Shown here piece after piece: positions 61,773 to 64,000 of a stretch of DNA of 64,000 nt. The notes under the pieces were generated by a model, which did no database searches, was not told the DNA's origin, and saw only the letters and a program-made list of their open reading frames with translations. Location of the stretch: positions 371,649 through 435,648 of the forward strand of contig NIVC01000834.1 of NCBI GenBank assembly GCA_002269645.1, read 5' to 3'. Positions within the stretch are counted from its first letter, which is position 1. The number at the start of each line of letters is the position of its first letter. Position numbers and translations under genes: made by a program. This stretch comes from Macrostomum lignano. Its lineage: Eukaryota.

Positions 61773-64000
61773 AAATACGATCGACCTCTCGGATCCGTCC
61801 TGTCTCCACCACGCTGCAGCGTCAGACAATGTGCAAGTTCTGGAGGCGGCACTGCGAGCAGGGGCGCAAGTGAATGCACTGGACAGGTCAGGCCACACTG
61901 CTCTCTACATGGCCGTTCAGCGAGGAAACAGAAACGCTGCAAACCTGCTGCTAAAAGCGGGTGCCGATCAAAGCCTAAATCAGCGATTTTTTGGCAGAGA
62001 AGGTCCGAGTCCCGCGGAGCTGCTGGCCAATCAGGAAGCGGAAGTTCAAAAGCTGCGAGGAGCTTTCAAAGGTCCCGAGAGCATTCATGAATTCGTCAAT
62101 CGAGAAGAAAGGCGTGCAGGACTATTGACTCCGTTGCTGCAGTCAGTGGCGGAGCGTCAGTCAACTGACGTATCATCGGAGCGTCTACTGGAACTGGTAG
62201 AGGACAAGGTCGATGAAGTTAAATTACTATTTGAAAGGTAAAATTGTTTCATTTTTGCAAAATTTACTACAAACGTGTTATTTTAAGTTATTAAGTCGGA
62301 AAAAGAAACATTGAAACTTATTTATTTTGAGGTAGAGGGTCACATAAACACCCTAACAAATTCTTTTAGGTGGCTTCCAAATCCGATTACGACCAGTTTC
62401 GAAGAGGTTTCGAAGACAAAACGAAAAAGCTTAGCAAAAGGAAATTTCTGCGATTTTTACGAAACTGAAACGAAGCCACCAAATTTGCCCATTGTCGTCC
62501 GCGTTCTCAGAGACTTCAACAACAAAAGAATATTCGAGCTAGAAAAACGCGGCTTGGAGGCGCTGAAGAAGACAAAACATGTTAACATCATTCAGCTTCT
62601 GAAGGTCCACGACAGTAGGAACGAAATTGAAATGTTTCTCGAGAAGATCGAAGGGCAGACATTGCAGCAACGCCTCGAGAAAACTGGACCATTTTCGGAG
62701 ATAAATATCCGAAGATATTTTCGCCAGGTACGAGACAATCAAAATGTATAGTCGGATATACGAATATTAGGGTACACTACTAGTAGTAGGATAGCAGATT
62801 AGGCAGCTGGGCCTGTCATACATGTATCGACTTGCGGGACTCTGGAGCATCGCTGATTATAGTAAGAGGTATTATAATATGCTACGCTCTACGATTTAGC
62901 AAATCGTCTGATCCGCGTTCAAGGCTGTTACACGCTTACATGGAACAAAATACGAGTACTTCAACTTTCATGTTCAAAGTATAAAAATTATTGGAAACAA
63001 AATCATAACGGCTAAGAAATAACTCTTGATTTAAGTTGAAGGATTAAGTTTTGATTTAAATTACAGAAGCCCTAAACCGTTACGAAAAGGCCATTTTTTG
63101 CTGACAATGTTTCAGCGAGACGGGACGTTTTAGTTGTTTAGCACTCAATTCCCAGCAATTCAATTCACCTTCTGGAATTCCGAATTGTAAATGAGTAAGT
63201 GTGTGTTTTGTCGAGGTTTCACGCACAAGTTTATTGTATTATGACCTTTTTGCCCGGTCATTGTTTAATTAAATGCTACCGGAGATCGGCGAGCAAGCAA
63301 ACTTCAGACAGATTTTCTGCGCTAAATTTCATGTAGGAATTTCTTTCATTTCTTTCGTCCATGCTAATTTCGTCTATGGCCTAAACCAATTTGGCGCTAA
63401 AAGAAGCAAATTTTGGCAAAATTTGTTTGGGAACCAGCAGTGTATTTTGAGCAGCTCTCACTCCAACAATACAGGTACCTATGAATGCACCTCGGAAGAA
63501 ACATACACTTGCTCCATTTGAGATTCGGAAGTCCAGAAAGTACAAAAGTGCAAGTATTCCCGTCCTTCTCTTTGGTGGTTGTCATGCTTTCAGGATTCTT
63601 ATTAAGATCAACTTTTTTATTATCGGGCGTTCCTTTTAGAATAATAAATTTAATAACTTTCGTACCATGGGTTATCTAAACCTATCCAGAATTCTTCATG
63701 TTGACTTCAAGAGTCCAAATGAGAATTTTGTACACCGTAAAATTTTGAGTTTCGGAAATGTGAAATAAAATTGACATTTTCACCATATTGTAGATAGCCA
63801 GCGCTCTCTGCTACCTACACAACCATCCGCATGGACCAATCATGCATAGGATATTCGCTGCGAAAACATTATAATTATTCACAATGGTTTTGTGAAGCTG
63901 ATCAACTTCGATTTGCAATGCCAAGCGGAAGTATTTCCATGTCGAAACGATGAACTGGCTGAGTTCTTAGGCTACATGGCGCCAGAGGTGATTTTAGAGG
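61773..64000 (+). CDS. Ankyrin + kinase-like module 2 (5'-truncated ankyrin exon; runs off the window)
   Basis: Exons 61773-62237, 62370-62727, 63794 to >64000 (IASALCYLHNHPHGPIMHRDIRCEN..KLINFD..GYMAPEV), clearly paralogous to module 1. Confidence 0.75.

Overview
Eukaryotic (animal) genomic DNA, not prokaryotic. GC-rich spliced exons sit in AT-rich DNA with minisatellite-filled introns; this style suggests a flatworm such as Macrostomum, which is inference only. The left third holds two housekeeping genes on the minus strand: a TACC-family coiled-coil gene (~1.7-7.9 kb) and a complete 9-coding-exon CTR9 (11.6-20.8 kb). The 22-29 kb region carries several non-autonomous DNA transposons with TIRs and 8-bp TSDs, one nested in another. 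The right half is an accessory, duplication-rich region. It contains a Cys-rich/divergent F-type-lectin tandem gene; a full-length but decayed APE-RT-RNaseH non-LTR retrotransposon (31815-37299, 11-bp TSD); a perfect 14-bp satellite; a secreted PAN+fucolectin gene; two paralogous EGF transmembrane genes; and a tandem ankyrin-(pseudo)kinase locus running off the window end. The most striking unannotated signal is a complete HDV-like double-pseudoknot ribozyme fold whose predicted cleavage-site G is exactly the first base of the retrotransposon. All structures were derived by eye; no database searches were run.
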